The notes: generated by a model not told the origin, from the letters alone. Counted from the first letter of the whole stretch, positions 1 to 12,642 are shown. The stretch: DNA of 63,068 bases, filler included, from Rhabdomonas costata (GCA_019059605.1; 57 parts of 57 records of this genome joined end to end with filler, not necessarily neighbours in it), one strand, 5' to 3'. Numbers and translations are program-made.

Positions 1-1009
1 GGTGGTGTTGTTTTCTTTCCATCATCGCTCTCCTTCACGTGTGCGTGTGTGTGTTTTCTGTCTTAACTTCGCACAAACGTATACAAACGCTAAAAAAAAA
101 ACAGACACAACTGTCCATAAGCCAAAAGAAAAAACCTGACCTGCTTTGCTATACTTTTGTGGCTGGTGCCCGTTTGGGCATCTCTTCTCGCGTCACCACG
201 TGTTTCATGTTCGCCACTCCTGTTGCCGTCTCTTTCGCATTTGGGGTGCTGACTCTGTGCTTCCTTCTTTGACTTAGGAACAGTTGTGTCTGTTTGTTCG
301 TGTTTGTGTATGTTTATGCGGTAAAGACAGAAAAGAAACACACACACACACACACACACGAGATTCGTGTATTCGGCCCCCTCGTGAGGTGTCTGGGAGA
401 CAGCGGTGCCGGGTGGAACTTTGGGGCGTGTTGTTTTTGCCGGAGTGTAAATATTGCTCGGAGTTTGCCCGCATCCTCCCTGCCTAAATTCGTGAGTGAC
501 ATACATGCGGGGCTGTGGGTAGCACCGTCCCCCTTTTGCCCCTCGGACCAGGAGCGCGAGTTCCAGCTGTCGTCTTTCTGCATGCTCTCACGTTGTCACG
601 TTCTCGTTCCCTCCCCCTCCTTCCTACTTCCCCTGTCAAACCTCTCCTTCACACGCCCTCTTCTCATGCTTATGCCCTGTAACATTGTTGGCGTTGAGTT
701 TTCTGCTGTTTTGTCGTGCCGTATTCGCACTGACATTCACAAGTGCATTCCAAGCCAAAGTTAAGCCCCGGGTTGATTTTGCCTGCACCCCACAGCCGTT
801 TAGCTTGTGTCTGCAGCAGCGGGGCAGTGCAGTTACATCTTGAAAGCAGAGCCCAGAACCCAGCAACAGCACACTTTGATGTTGGCAAGTCATTTCTGCT
901 TCAATTCACATTGAAAAAAAGGGCAGAATTAGGACATTGGCAATTGACAATTGTTAGTGTCGAGTAGCCAAAACGCGCGTGGTCTACACCCCCACCTCCC
1001 ACACAAAAC

Positions 1010-1109
1010 NNNNNNNNNNNNNNNNNNNNNNNNNNNNNNNNNNNNNNNNNNNNTTAATTAATTAANNNNNNNNNNNNNNNNNNNNNNNNNNNNNNNNNNN
1101 NNNNNNNNN
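1010..1109. other. Artificial contig linker (44 N + TTAATTAATTAA + 44 N), first of 56 linkers spaced about every 1.1 kb
   Basis: The same 100-nt N-padded palindrome, with stops in all six frames, recurs from 1010 to 62060. ORFs ending in X...LIN or X...N run into it. Confidence 0.99.
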
Positions 1110-1540
1110 GGTTTTGCCCCAAAACGTAAGGAATGTTTTACCATTTTACATCCAGGGGTGCAAGGGGAGGGGAGGGCGCCTGGAAAGGGAACTCGCAATG
1201 CGTCAGTGGAGGATCCCATACCGGGGACCAGAGAGGTAAGAGGAATCGGATTCTTCTCCCGTGAACAAAGTGTGTGTGTGATTTGTGTGTGAAGCGCAAG
1301 GGGGAATCGGACCTTGAATTATCCCCTGGCAAAAGGCACAATTTCCAAGTGCTATCACAGTCTGCTCGTGCCGCAGCGAAATACCGTTATTTGTGACCTC
1401 TCTTTTAGTGTTGTTCAGTATCTGAATTGCTTTCAGTTTTTTCTCTCAAGCTTTTGTTGCCGCTGTCGCTTTATCTCCTCACCTTCAAGCTCTATGGCGC
1501 ACGCTGCCGAATCAAATGGCACACTCTTTTCTTTCTGCAG

Positions 1541-1711
1541 GCGAGCCAGTCTTCTCCGCCCCAGCCTCCGCCTCATTTGATGAGCTCGGGCTAGTCCACG
1601 CGCATGCCATCGCGCAGCACAGCGCGGGACTGCTCGCCAGCCTGGGTGACCCCACGTACGCCGCTTTGAGGACAGCCCTGGCCAACCTTCTGTGCCAGGA
1701 GCCCATGGAAG
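1541..1711 (+). CDS. Internal exon of an unknown protein
   Basis: Pyrimidine tract and ctgcag acceptor ending at 1540. GC-rich 171-nt open frame (EPVFSAPASASFDELGLVHAHA...CQEPME). Followed by G|gcgagt, a GC-type donor. Confidence 0.55.
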
Positions 1712-4700
1712 GCGAGTGGAGGCCCCCAGGAGTGGGGGCACCCCCTCAGAAGAGGTTTAGCTGGGGATTGGCTTCCTTCCACACACGCGCACATACGCAC
1801 TTACATACCTGCACACAGAGCGGAGACCAGTGACAGCAGAAGGAGCTCGAGGAATGGCCCCTCAGTATTTTGCCTCAGAGAAGGTTACAAAGGCGGAGCA
1901 GCGGCATAACCAACAAGTAGGACAAGTATATTAAGGTAATAGGACGCGAGCCGCACGAGCCAGGAACCCACCTGGTCTAGAAACCTCACTGAGTTGCAGG
2001 GCGGTGAGCCGTACCCCGCTGATGGAGGGCTCTGGAAGACACCCTGGCAATGGACGAATGGACGAACTTATGCGTCTCATCAGCTAGCCGACACCAGGCA
2101 CTTGCGTAACCCAAAAAANNNNNNNNNNNNNNNNNNNNNNNNNNNNNNNNNNNNNNNNNNNNTTAATTAATTAANNNNNNNNNNNNNNNNNNNNNNNNNN
2201 NNNNNNNNNNNNNNNNNNGTTTTGTACGTTTGCGTTCGTTTTCGTGCCTTGTGTGTGTGTGTTTTCCTTCCTCCTTCTTGAGCATTAGCCTGTGTAATCC
2301 AAAAAAGCTCGGACGTCTTCCGTAAGCAGCGTGTCACAAGCATTGGGCTCAATTCACTTGCCATTTGCCTGTTCGCTTTCGGGTTTTACGCCACGACACG
2401 TTCCAACCTCTCAAACAGAGACGGTACCCTCGCGGCTGGCGCTGGTGGATGAAGTTAATGGACGGCGAATTATTGGTTGTGGCACGGTATGCCCAGATGT
2501 AGGAGGCGACTGGTGTCGGGCTGAGGCCGAGAAATGCTGGCGGAGGGCGGAAAAGGGGTCGAAAGGATGTGAAAGGGTGCGATTGGTCAGAGTTTTTCTT
2601 GTACTCTGTGTGTGTAAATGCCCGGAAAACGATCCACTGCGCTCGTATGCCTTTATAACACAAAAAGCGTGAAACCCCATATGGGGCCACGACTGAGAGA
2701 ATAGAAAAAGGAAAATAGCCGTATGAGCATGCAGAAACTCTAATTTGGAAACGTGACATGATAATTCCTGAGTTTCGGGAGGTACAACCAAGGCAAACTT
2801 TGGTGCTGGCGTTCTCTGACATCGGCTTGTGCTATGTGACGTGTCGTCCATGGAAATTGTCTTCTTAATCATTGCCAGCTTACATAGTGTCCTGCATTGC
2901 AAAATGTTCTCTTCCGAAGCAAGCCTGAGACCTTTTGTACACTCAGCAGGCCCACCGAAACGCGGTGCGGTTGTTCCTTGGGCTCAGGGTCATATACTTG
3001 TGTCACAATTTTATGGGAACATCAGCGAAACAAAGAAAGAAGCAATCTCTAAATCCAAGAGGCCATCCTTTTCATCCCTGACAACGCAAAAAAAAAAGGC
3101 GCATGTCCTCCCGGGGTCTTTCAAACAGGGAGGAAAGTGAAATGTAAACGAAAATCTGCACACCTGAGCCGAGGCAAAGCACTTGAGCAGCATGTTGCGC
3201 ACAGAGTCATTAAAGGGCCAACAACAANNNNNNNNNNNNNNNNNNNNNNNNNNNNNNNNNNNNNNNNNNNNTTAATTAATTAANNNNNNNNNNNNNNNNN
3301 NNNNNNNNNNNNNNNNNNNNNNNNNNNGTGTGGGTGTGTTTGGTGTTGTGTGGAGAGGGGAGCGCCGTCGTAATGATGAAGATGATCTTCTGGGCATCTG
3401 CCCTGGACATAATGGATGCCTCAGCACAATCGTAAGAAACGACGCAACAGAGGTGGATTCACCGCTTGCTTCATCGCTCACCGTTGCTTTTCCCTTTGAA
3501 CGACTGAAACCCTGAAACTAGGTGACGTTCTGCTGGGAGACCTTCCGGCCCCTCAAGGAGGACACCCCCGGCGCGGTGCTTTCGTGCAACTATTGCCCCG
3601 CCGTGGTTGACGCTTCCACGCGCACAGCCCCCTCGGGCAGCGGACAACACCCCCCGCAGGAAACCTGCACTATGTGTAAGTTCGGCACACTAGAGTAGAA
3701 AAGAGCCCCGAGTGTACTACTTGTGAGCCTGGCGGTTGCTTATTTCCCTGGGCCCGTTGAGTTCGGATTTATCTTGCCGACCGAAAGAGTTGTAGGAGGC
3801 GTCCAAACTCGGTTTGCAGCAGTGAAGGTGGAAATGCAGGTGGAAGCGTGGAGGGTCATCCGCTTTTAAGTCGAGGTGGTCGTGGACACGTTTAGCTATC
3901 CACGAAGTTGTACGTATGGCCTGTGGATGATCCTACTTTAATCAGCCGGTTCTTCAAAGTTGTGGACCCAGATACAAGCCCCATATTTCACATTTACTGT
4001 GAGGCCGATGATCTTACCCATGATCTTACTGAGTAGTCATTCGGCATACCTTCAGCAGTATACCTTTTTTTAGGGGACCATGCGAGACGAAATATCCTGA
4101 TCTAGGGGATCTAGGGGGCACGTGCATCGCTTCCTAACCCCCTGAGAGATCAATATAAGGATACGATCAACTTAGACCTGCAGGGCACCATCCATAACAG
4201 CCGGCATTCTAAGGCGGCACTTCTGGCCAGTACACACCAGGCCAGGCTTGCCCCTGTGCACACTGGCCTTCAGCTCAGGCCACATTTGGAGCACTTGGAA
4301 GGCGGCTCTCGGAGAACTCCATAACCCCACACCCACNNNNNNNNNNNNNNNNNNNNNNNNNNNNNNNNNNNNNNNNNNNNTTAATTAATTAANNNNNNNN
4401 NNNNNNNNNNNNNNNNNNNNNNNNNNNNNNNNNNNNGGGTGTGTGTAGGAGCGAAGGAACGGAACGCCTTCTCTTCGCGCCCGTGTTGTCCCAGCCTTCT
4501 ACCGCGAATCTGAGTAATTACTCTGCGATAAATTGTAAACATTTGCCTCCCAAATGTATACCGGCCGCATCGAGTGATGAACTACTTACTTTTCCTGTTG
4601 TCGGTTTTGCTGTATCTTTGTAGATGGCAGGGGCTAAGGTCAGCACCCAGGAGCTGATTTCGCAGTGGAGAAGCGTTTGCGCCGAGCTGCGGGACACCGT

Positions 4701-4883
4701 TAATTGATCGGGGTTTCCTGGATGATGCACGGATTACTCCCAGCCTCCGCTTTCTCCACACCTCGCATTTATTCATCGCTTGGGGGTAGATTCCTATTGC
4801 CCCTTGGCCCCTTTGCCCCCTTCTTTTGCTGTACATGGATCGATGGATGTCTTTTGGCGTCTTTTTGCAAGCTCATGTGAATA

Positions 4884-5000
4884 GTGTTTCTGGAGGGTAA
4901 GGGTCTGCGAAGACCTGAAGAGTGCGTTGCAGGCGCACCCACTTTTCAGTTTCACTGCCTTTGTCGCCACTCATCTGTGCCAGTGTACTTGCGCCCCTTC
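4884..5000 (+). mobile_element. Possible degenerate tyrosine-recombinase C-terminus (DIRS-like)
   Basis: GKGLRR...AGAP...CRHSSVPVYLRP loosely follows the HxLRR...G...(H/W)xS...Y pattern. Weak, and judged by eye only. Confidence 0.2.
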
Positions 5001-6654
5001 AGATCTGCTTCATTCAACCCATTCTTCTTGCCTTATCCCGTGAGCTTCCCCTCCCACCCTTCACTGTTGGTGTTTGGTGGACGTGCCTTCATGTTGAACG
5101 CGCACCTTTTGAGATTTCCGTATTTTAGCTTTGTGCGTTGCTTTTCAGTATCTCAATGTAGATCAGAGATTGTTGTTGGGCGATGCAAGCACGGGAGCAA
5201 GAAGTGAGGAAATCTCTCAATGACATTTCTCGGATTAGTTGGGAGGACTGTGGGGCCTTAACTAGTCCTATTGCTGAGCCCACTCTTCAGCCGCCGCAAG
5301 AGTCAGTGGCCACCCACACCCGCATGTCACTGTTCCCGTTTTTTTGGGGTAACATAGCACCCCCAAATTTTGACTTCCCTTCCCGGTGCCCGGTGTGGTC
5401 TGGCATTCCCCCCCCCCTCCACGCCCGAATCCCGAACACAACCCTNNNNNNNNNNNNNNNNNNNNNNNNNNNNNNNNNNNNNNNNNNNNTTAATTAATTA
5501 ANNNNNNNNNNNNNNNNNNNNNNNNNNNNNNNNNNNNNNNNNNNNGGTTTGTGGTGAGTGTATCGTGGTGAGTGTATCTTGCTAAAGGCAGCGCGGTTAG
5601 TGGTTTGCTTGAGTTGGAGTTGGAGTTGGAGGATGAGTTCTGTGGGTCAGGGTTGAATTGACATCTTCTAGCGGCTTGATTGTGTGTGTGTTGGGCGTAG
5701 TGCTGTGGGTGTGTTGCGTACGGTGGAGGTGGCTATGGGTGGTGATGGTTTGACGTGGTTCATGTGCGGGTTGTCGACGTATTATTGGAGTATTACTTCG
5801 GGTGTTTTTACGGTACGTTACAGTACATGTTTCCCAACTCATATAGCTACGCCTTAGAGTCTGGGGTAGGGTGTGGCGAATTGTGTGATCACGCCAGATG
5901 TTGTTAAAGGTTGCACAACCACATCTACAACATTATAAGAACAGGACTGGTAGTCTGTCGTGAGGCCAAGTACCGCCATCCCGCATCCCACGTATAGTCA
6001 TAGCTTAATTTATGGTTCAACACAAAAACTGAGCCTGGTAGCGCATGCACCATATGGCCATAGTAGTTTACAGCAGTGTGGTAAGACACTGTTGTATGGC
6101 CACGGCACCGTAGTGCATCCGCGTATCCATCAACGTAGAGGCATAGTTACCACATTAGTAGTGTAGCCGTGTGTGTGTGCTAATCTCAGTGTCAGGGTTA
6201 CGCGTAGTAGTAGTTGTTGTTGTTCAATGATCCCATACGCTATGTTCCAACATGACAATGTGGTGGTCTGCTATGGCGTTTTGTCATCTTTTCTATGATG
6301 ACACACAACTATCTTTAAATATCTTCAAAGATACGCTTCAACTGATTGTGTTTCACAATATTTTGCTGCTTTTTATAGCGATTGACACGGATCGTCACGC
6401 TGCATCATCGATAGCGCGCCAAAATGTTCAAGACTACCAACAGGAATTTTCCCATTTTCCTCCGACTAACAAAAGAAGCTTGGGCATCTTCAACTGTCTA
6501 TAAATATCAAACTCAAACATCCGCTATGTGCAACCTTGCTAGCACCAACCCACCNNNNNNNNNNNNNNNNNNNNNNNNNNNNNNNNNNNNNNNNNNNNTT
6601 AATTAATTAANNNNNNNNNNNNNNNNNNNNNNNNNNNNNNNNNNNNNNNNNNNN

Positions 6655-6788
6655 GGGTTTTTGGAGATCACCACACTGACGTGCCAGACCAGCCCGTAGG
6701 GGAGGGCCATGATCTGGCCAAGGTGCGCGAACTTCTGACCGCCGAGGAAGAACGTGAACTTCACGGAGGCGTTCTCAAGTGCAGAGCC
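6655..6788 (-). CDS. Exon of an unknown, probably membrane, protein
   Basis: ggcag acceptor, then strongly GC3-biased codons reading SALENASVKFTFFLGGQKFAHLGQIMALPYGLVWHVSVVIS. Runs off the fragment end. Confidence 0.55.
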
Positions 6789-9499
6789 TGCCAGTAGCAG
6801 CATAAAAAGTAGCATTAGAGAAACAAAAGAGTGTAAGGGATGCAAGTCGTTCAACGAAGGTAAACAGTGAAGCAAAGAGGAAAAGTGTGCACGAGAAGCA
6901 ACGGGAAGATACAATGTGTGGAGGGGGGGCAAGTCGGGGAGCTGTTATGTTTTGAAATCTTCAGTGGCATTAAGGTCCGCGGAACCTCGGGCCAGGGAAT
7001 GAACTCACCGGGTCAGATAGAAAGTGAGTCATAGGAGCACTGTCAGAACTTAATAGAGTCCCGCACAGAAGCGAAAACCATCTCTCCGTTGCGTAGGGTT
7101 TACTGAAGGTATCGTGCGACGGCGGCAGTCAGTAGCCCGGTTCAACAAAATTGTATTTATCCTCGCAGTAGGGCGGGAATTGTTGCCATTGTGATAAGTC
7201 AGGACTTCCGCATAGCAGGGCAAAAGAGAAGCGAAAAATCAGTTGAAAACGTATGGGCCGGAGGGATAGCTGGGAAGCTTGGATACGGAAGACTGCAATT
7301 TTGGAATACGCTCGTCTCTGGCTCTGGCTTAGCAAGGGAAGGGCATTTTGAAGCGATTGGGAAGGCAGTATCCACCTATCCCCTGTACATGGGTCCAGGG
7401 GTATTACCTGGAGTTCAACCAAAGGGCGACACTTCCAACCCTCCCCTCGCACTGGTGTGCCCACCGGCCGCTGTCCCCAGTTTTATGCAAACATGTGCAA
7501 AGCGGCCTCGCCCTCGAAAGTGGCTGTTTGCTTATAAAATTGTAAAAATGCCCCAAAGGCGTTATCAATGGAAGCTAAGTAATTCCAGAACTCTTCGAGA
7601 AGGCCGTCCAAAACTGGGAGTAGCCACGACCTGGCGACATTGCACGCAAGAGCACCACAAAACNNNNNNNNNNNNNNNNNNNNNNNNNNNNNNNNNNNNN
7701 NNNNNNNTTAATTAATTAANNNNNNNNNNNNNNNNNNNNNNNNNNNNNNNNNNNNNNNNNNNNTTAGCGTCCCACGGCACACTAACCAAAGCGCTACCAC
7801 CTCCCCAGATTGCTTTTCCTGAACAACCTCATCCACAGCACAGTAACGATGGCAGTGGGCCGATGACATAGAATGAAGGAACTCTCGCCTTATGGTGGCT
7901 GGGATGGTGGTGACGGATCAAAAAGCAAAGAAAGCAGAGAAAGCAAAGAACCGCAGGAGAAATCCAGCCTGCAGGATGGTGACGCGGGTCCAACAAACGA
8001 GACTTGACAATCGCGGCAGAAAAGTTCGACACACAGCGAGGGCAGAGAGAGGTGCACACGGAGAAGCTCCGGGCTCACAGTGTACACCAGCTGCCGTGCT
8101 GCCACGCTGTACTGCACGGCGCCAGCCCAAACCGCAACTTCATCCGAAGAGCCCGTCAGCGGAGCGGGATGGGCAGCTCTGGGGTAAGCCTGGAGCTCAT
8201 TGGAATCAGAGTATTCTTCTCTCTAAGTCACACTTGGCACATTTATTCTAGAAAGTCTAGCAAAGCTCGAACCATAATAAAGTTCACCCGGCATCGGTTG
8301 CGCCATGCTGATGGAAAAATAAAGTGAAAAATCGCAGGAATAAAGTCCATCATTTTAGGCAAACCTTAAGGTCAACGTTTAAATGTGTACTACTCGAGAA
8401 ATTTGAAAATGAGGAAACGGCAGCGTGACGTTGACATTTGAATTTTGCGTGTACTGCTGAGTCACCCTCCTTGAGATACCCCGTGAGTCTAGCTCGGTCC
8501 AGCTGAAACACCATCATGACAAAACGCTGGCCATGTGTCTGTTGTGTTCCGCTGCTTCTCGGTCGCTATTTCTTCCCCTTTCGCACCTGATGAGTTTTTT
8601 ACGAGCCGAGGTTGTCTGCTGGGTGCAGCTGAAAAGGCAATGAGATTTTGTTTTTACGAGAGCATTGTCTAACCGGTTCTTTTTGTGATTGAGGCAACTC
8701 TCTCCATTATCTGTCCGATCGCACCACTGTATCCACTGTTTGTTTGCATTCACGCAGTCCCCCCCCACCACCNNNNNNNNNNNNNNNNNNNNNNNNNNNN
8801 NNNNNNNNNNNNNNNNTTAATTAATTAANNNNNNNNNNNNNNNNNNNNNNNNNNNNNNNNNNNNNNNNNNNNGGTTTGTCACGCGTTCTCTAAGGCTTCG
8901 TTGTTCATGTGTGTTTGGGTATTGCTGCATGGTGCTTTGGCTCAGGATGTGCGTAGTTTGGCAGGTGGAGTGGGATTGGGTGTGGTTGGTTGTGGTGTGG
9001 GTGGGCGTGTTTCTTCTTGTCCATCTGTACGTTCGCTTATCCATGTGTATTCGGAGGGTAGTTGTGGAGTGTGGAGTGTGAGGTATGGTTCGTGGTGTGG
9101 GGTGATTCGTCGATTGGAGGCAGAGGGTGTGATGGTTGGAGGTGCTATGGGTCAGTGCAGTGTTGGAATGGGTGCAATTGGTGGTTCCTCGCGCGTATGT
9201 TCTTCTTCTTCTTCTGTGTCTGTGTTTGTAGCATTAGGTGTAGCAGTGTCTGTAGTTGTAGGAGAAGGAGTATGGTATGCTGGTTGTCGTAGAGTTAGTG
9301 TTGGTTTTGGCTGTGATGGTAGCGTTGGTTGTAGCGATATGGTGGGTTTTGTTGGTCGGAGTGTTGGTTCTGGATTTGTATCAGGAGTTGTGTCAGGAGT
9401 TGGAGTGTGTCGTAGTGTGCACGTGTTTTAACATGTGGCCGGATGACATGGTCAACGTGTGTCAAACGAGGACACCACATACGTGCTTTGCCTTCTGGG

Positions 9500-9795
9500 C
9501 ATCGCCTCCTAACCCGGATATGTTGCTCAGACCCCCCAGAACCACCCCTGCTACTCGTCTTCTGCCCTAGGCATCGCCTCCTAACCCCCTTCAATGGCAA
9601 TACCATAATTCTAACGGAAGGTGCATCGCCTCCTAACCCCGGGTAAGTTGCTTAGACCACCAACGGAAGATACATCGCCTCATAACCCGGGTAAGTTGCT
9701 CAGATACCCAGACCCCACACCGCTACTCGCCTTCTACACTACTGATCGCATCCTAACCCACTGCTAAGGCAATACACGAATCTAACGGAAGTTGA
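9500..9795 (+). repeat. Higher-order tandem repeat built on GCATCGCCTCCTAACCC (5 copies)
   Basis: Motif at about 9500, 9571, 9623, 9673 and 9745. The intervening sequences fall into two related classes. Confidence 0.85.
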
Positions 9796-9981
9796 GACTA
9801 AAGCATGATGGTGATGGTGTGGTTCACTACGTTCCATATTGGGAGGGGGGTTTTCGCAACCGAAATGATGGGGGTGTGGGANNNNNNNNNNNNNNNNNNN
9901 NNNNNNNNNNNNNNNNNNNNNNNNNTTAATTAATTAANNNNNNNNNNNNNNNNNNNNNNNNNNNNNNNNNNNNNNNNNNNN

Positions 9982-10990
9982 TGGAGAGACTAAAACTAGC
10001 CGTCCGAGTGCACGTTCGAGAGACACTTTGCGTGGCTGGCTGCTCCAATGAACAACTCTTCGATGGTGTCGGGCTTCTCGAAACTGTTCTGGTTTCACTG
10101 CTTGTCCCAACAAAGGACACCGTCTTTGAGGCGCTTGGAGTCGGGGACTGTGACCGCGAGACGCTGCAACTCCAGCTGATTGATCCAGTGCTGCTGGAAG
10201 TGCAGGTCACACTTCCGGAAATCGACGAACTACCAGATTCAGTAAAGGTCCCAGAAATCGGCATACTCTCTGAGCTCGACGCCGAGGGAGAACACGAGCA
10301 CGACACGGTCCTTGAACCAGAATGACTTGCAGTCCTGCTCAGAGAGGGAGTAAAACTCAGGCTGATCGTCCCTCGGTGAGAGCAAGTGTTTGTCCTGCTG
10401 AAAGAACCCGAGGAAGTGGGTGGGGTTGTCCTGCTTCCTGACATGCTCAAGCTAGAAGCCCGAGTCCAGGTCGCTGTCCTCGAAAGACTCCTGCTTTGCG
10501 AAAAGGTTTCCGAAGTGCTTTTACTCGGGGTCAGGGTAGAAGAAAGCTTCCCCTCTGCGCTGGAGGTTGGACTCGCACTTCCGGAAGTGCTCCTGGTTAT
10601 GCTACGACTTCCACTGATGGGCCTCGTATCCGTCCTGCTCCACGTCGCCGTGAATGTCTTGGAGGACGTGGCACTCCGGGATGCTGTGCCACTTTCGGAC
10701 TCGGAACGGCTCCTTGAAATCCTCTCCGAGACAGAAAATGAGCTCGACCTTGTCTTCGTTGTTTGTGAACTGCTCAGCGTCGATGTTAAGCTCCCACTAA
10801 CTGTCTCGGTAGAAGTCACAGAGAGGCTGGCCGAGCTGCTTGGCGTCCATGCGGCCGTCTCACTGGCAGTTGCTGATGCAGTAGGCGAGCGGGTTTCCGT
10901 CTTTGTCGACACCGTCGCCGTACCACTTGGCGTCATGGAAGAGTGCAAGGACAACGATTCAGAGGGAGAGATCGATCTTGTCTTCGTCGC
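9982..10990 (-). CDS. Ser/Thr-rich low-complexity (mucin-like stalk) protein, internal fragment
   Basis: Long minus-strand ORF (9926..10954 in the track) with alternating S/T-x periodicity (SRSRSESESGTASRSATSSKTFTATWSRT). Confidence 0.8.
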
Positions 10991-11632
10991 NNNNNNNNNN
11001 NNNNNNNNNNNNNNNNNNNNNNNNNNNNNNNNNNTTAATTAATTAANNNNNNNNNNNNNNNNNNNNNNNNNNNNNNNNNNNNNNNNNNNNGTGGGTGTGG
11101 GAGTGCTCGGGTATTTCTCCTCGTCCACAATCCAAGTTGACGTTGACAGATAGAAGCGACTGGTCACCACTCTCCTTCTGTTATGGAGGTGGGATGCTCT
11201 GTTTCTCAGGCGGCTGAGACGGTAGAAGCCCCTCCTTTCGCAGCTGCTTCTTCGCCCCTTCCAGCGGCTGAGGCTGATGCGGTGGTCGGCGCCCCGGTGC
11301 GCCCCTCTGTGTATTGTGATGGAACGAATATCCGTCAAAGCTTTTGGCACCTCATCACTCACTGCATCACCCACAGCCTTTTGGAATTCCCTTCCATCCC
11401 ATTGGCGCCGCATTTGGCTTTCCGGGTTTTGTTCTGTTTTCATTGCGTTCTTACCCGCCTGGTTGAACAGACCTTTGAAAATCGCCTGGGTGCATTTCAT
11501 GGCATTGTTTGCACCATGCTTACCGACAGGCCGCACCTGCAAGCTCAGCGTCCACAGCTGTCGTTGCTGAGAGCTCCCCCCCATCAGGCAGGGGCATACA
11601 AGCAGCAGGGTTGCCACCACAGCTAGATCCGA

Positions 11633-12099
11633 TGGCCCAGGTTGATGCTGTGGTGGCATGCCTGGACGCGCTGGCCCCGGCCAGCAAGGCCCTGCTTGGG
11701 GCCAAGTTGTGCTACGGCAGCAGCCGTGAACAGGACCCTCGCTTTGAGGTGCAAGCCCTGCAGCGACTGCAGGGAAGGGTCCGGGCCCTTGTGAGGGGCG
11801 AGAGGTGCCCCGCGCTGGGCATTGGAGAGCCCGAGCTGCGCCGCGCCAAGCTGGCTCTGGAAACCATGGGCGTGTCTGCCGCCCAGTTCGCCGCTCTGTT
11901 TTTGTACAGCGACGAGATTCCTGGTGACGAAGACCAGGCCAATCTACAGCCACAGCTCGCAAAGGACCCGAAGCAACCGAGCACTACGGAGAAAAAGCCT
12001 AAGCCCGACCAGCTGTACACACTGTTGACCTCCGCCCAGCGAACCGCGGTTGAGGCGAACCCCGAGCACCCCGCCCACACTGTGCTGAAAGCTCTGTCC
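11633..12099 (+). CDS. Exon resembling the N-terminal helical part of an ART-type (NAD:arginine) ADP-ribosyltransferase domain
   Basis: GC3-rich open frame. AALFLYSDE...QLYTLLTSAQR resembles the AIxLYTxE...LYxxLNxxLR motif. The catalytic R-S-E core would lie beyond the fragment end. Confidence 0.45.
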
Positions 12100-12547
12100 N
12101 NNNNNNNNNNNNNNNNNNNNNNNNNNNNNNNNNNNNNNNNNNNTTAATTAATTAANNNNNNNNNNNNNNNNNNNNNNNNNNNNNNNNNNNNNNNNNNNNG
12201 TTGGTTTTGCTTTCCTCTTCGAGTGTGGGATGAATCCATCGATGTCCACCGACTGCCTTTTCCCCACCACTCCCCCAGAGAAACAGCCAGTCGGTGGACA
12301 TCGATGGATTCATCCCACACTCGAAGAGGAAAGCAAAGCCAAGGCAAAGGAGGGGCAGGGCACAGCGATGTGCACCTCGACAAAGGAATGAGAGCAGAAT
12401 CGGTGGGAGATGGGACGGGGAAGGGAAGGAACCCCTGACCTCCACTACGGTGAAGACCAAGGGAGGCATCAACACAGTGGGCCGGGGAGGGGGGCAAACT
12501 CTCTAAGAAAGATACATACTCAGAGAGGAGTAGGGGGGCTATCGAGT

Positions 12548-12642
12548 TCAGCGGTTCCTATTGCTGCTGTCCTTCTTCTTCTCACCCTTTCCGGCGTTCT
12601 GGAGCAAGATGATCAGAATCCGCACAAAGATCGCCACAAGGT
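12548..12642 (-). CDS. BI-1: Bax inhibitor-1 (TMBIM6-like), terminal exon
   Basis: ctgcag|AC CTT...: DLVAIFVRILIILLQNAGKGEKKKDSSNRNR*, matching the BI-1 C-terminal DFxxxFxRILII motif and basic tail. Confidence 0.92.

Noticed and set aside
8873..9425. 176-aa G/V/C-rich ORF
   Set aside because: Low-complexity GT-rich sequence. The ORF follows from base composition and has no motif.
9500..9795. CRISPR array
   Set aside because: The spacers are homologous to each other and uneven in length, the repeat is only about 17 nt, there are no cas genes, and the context is eukaryotic.
10008..10990. Plus-strand Val/Leu/Glu-rich ORFs
   Set aside because: Antisense shadow of the Ser/Thr-rich minus-strand gene, and interrupted by stops.
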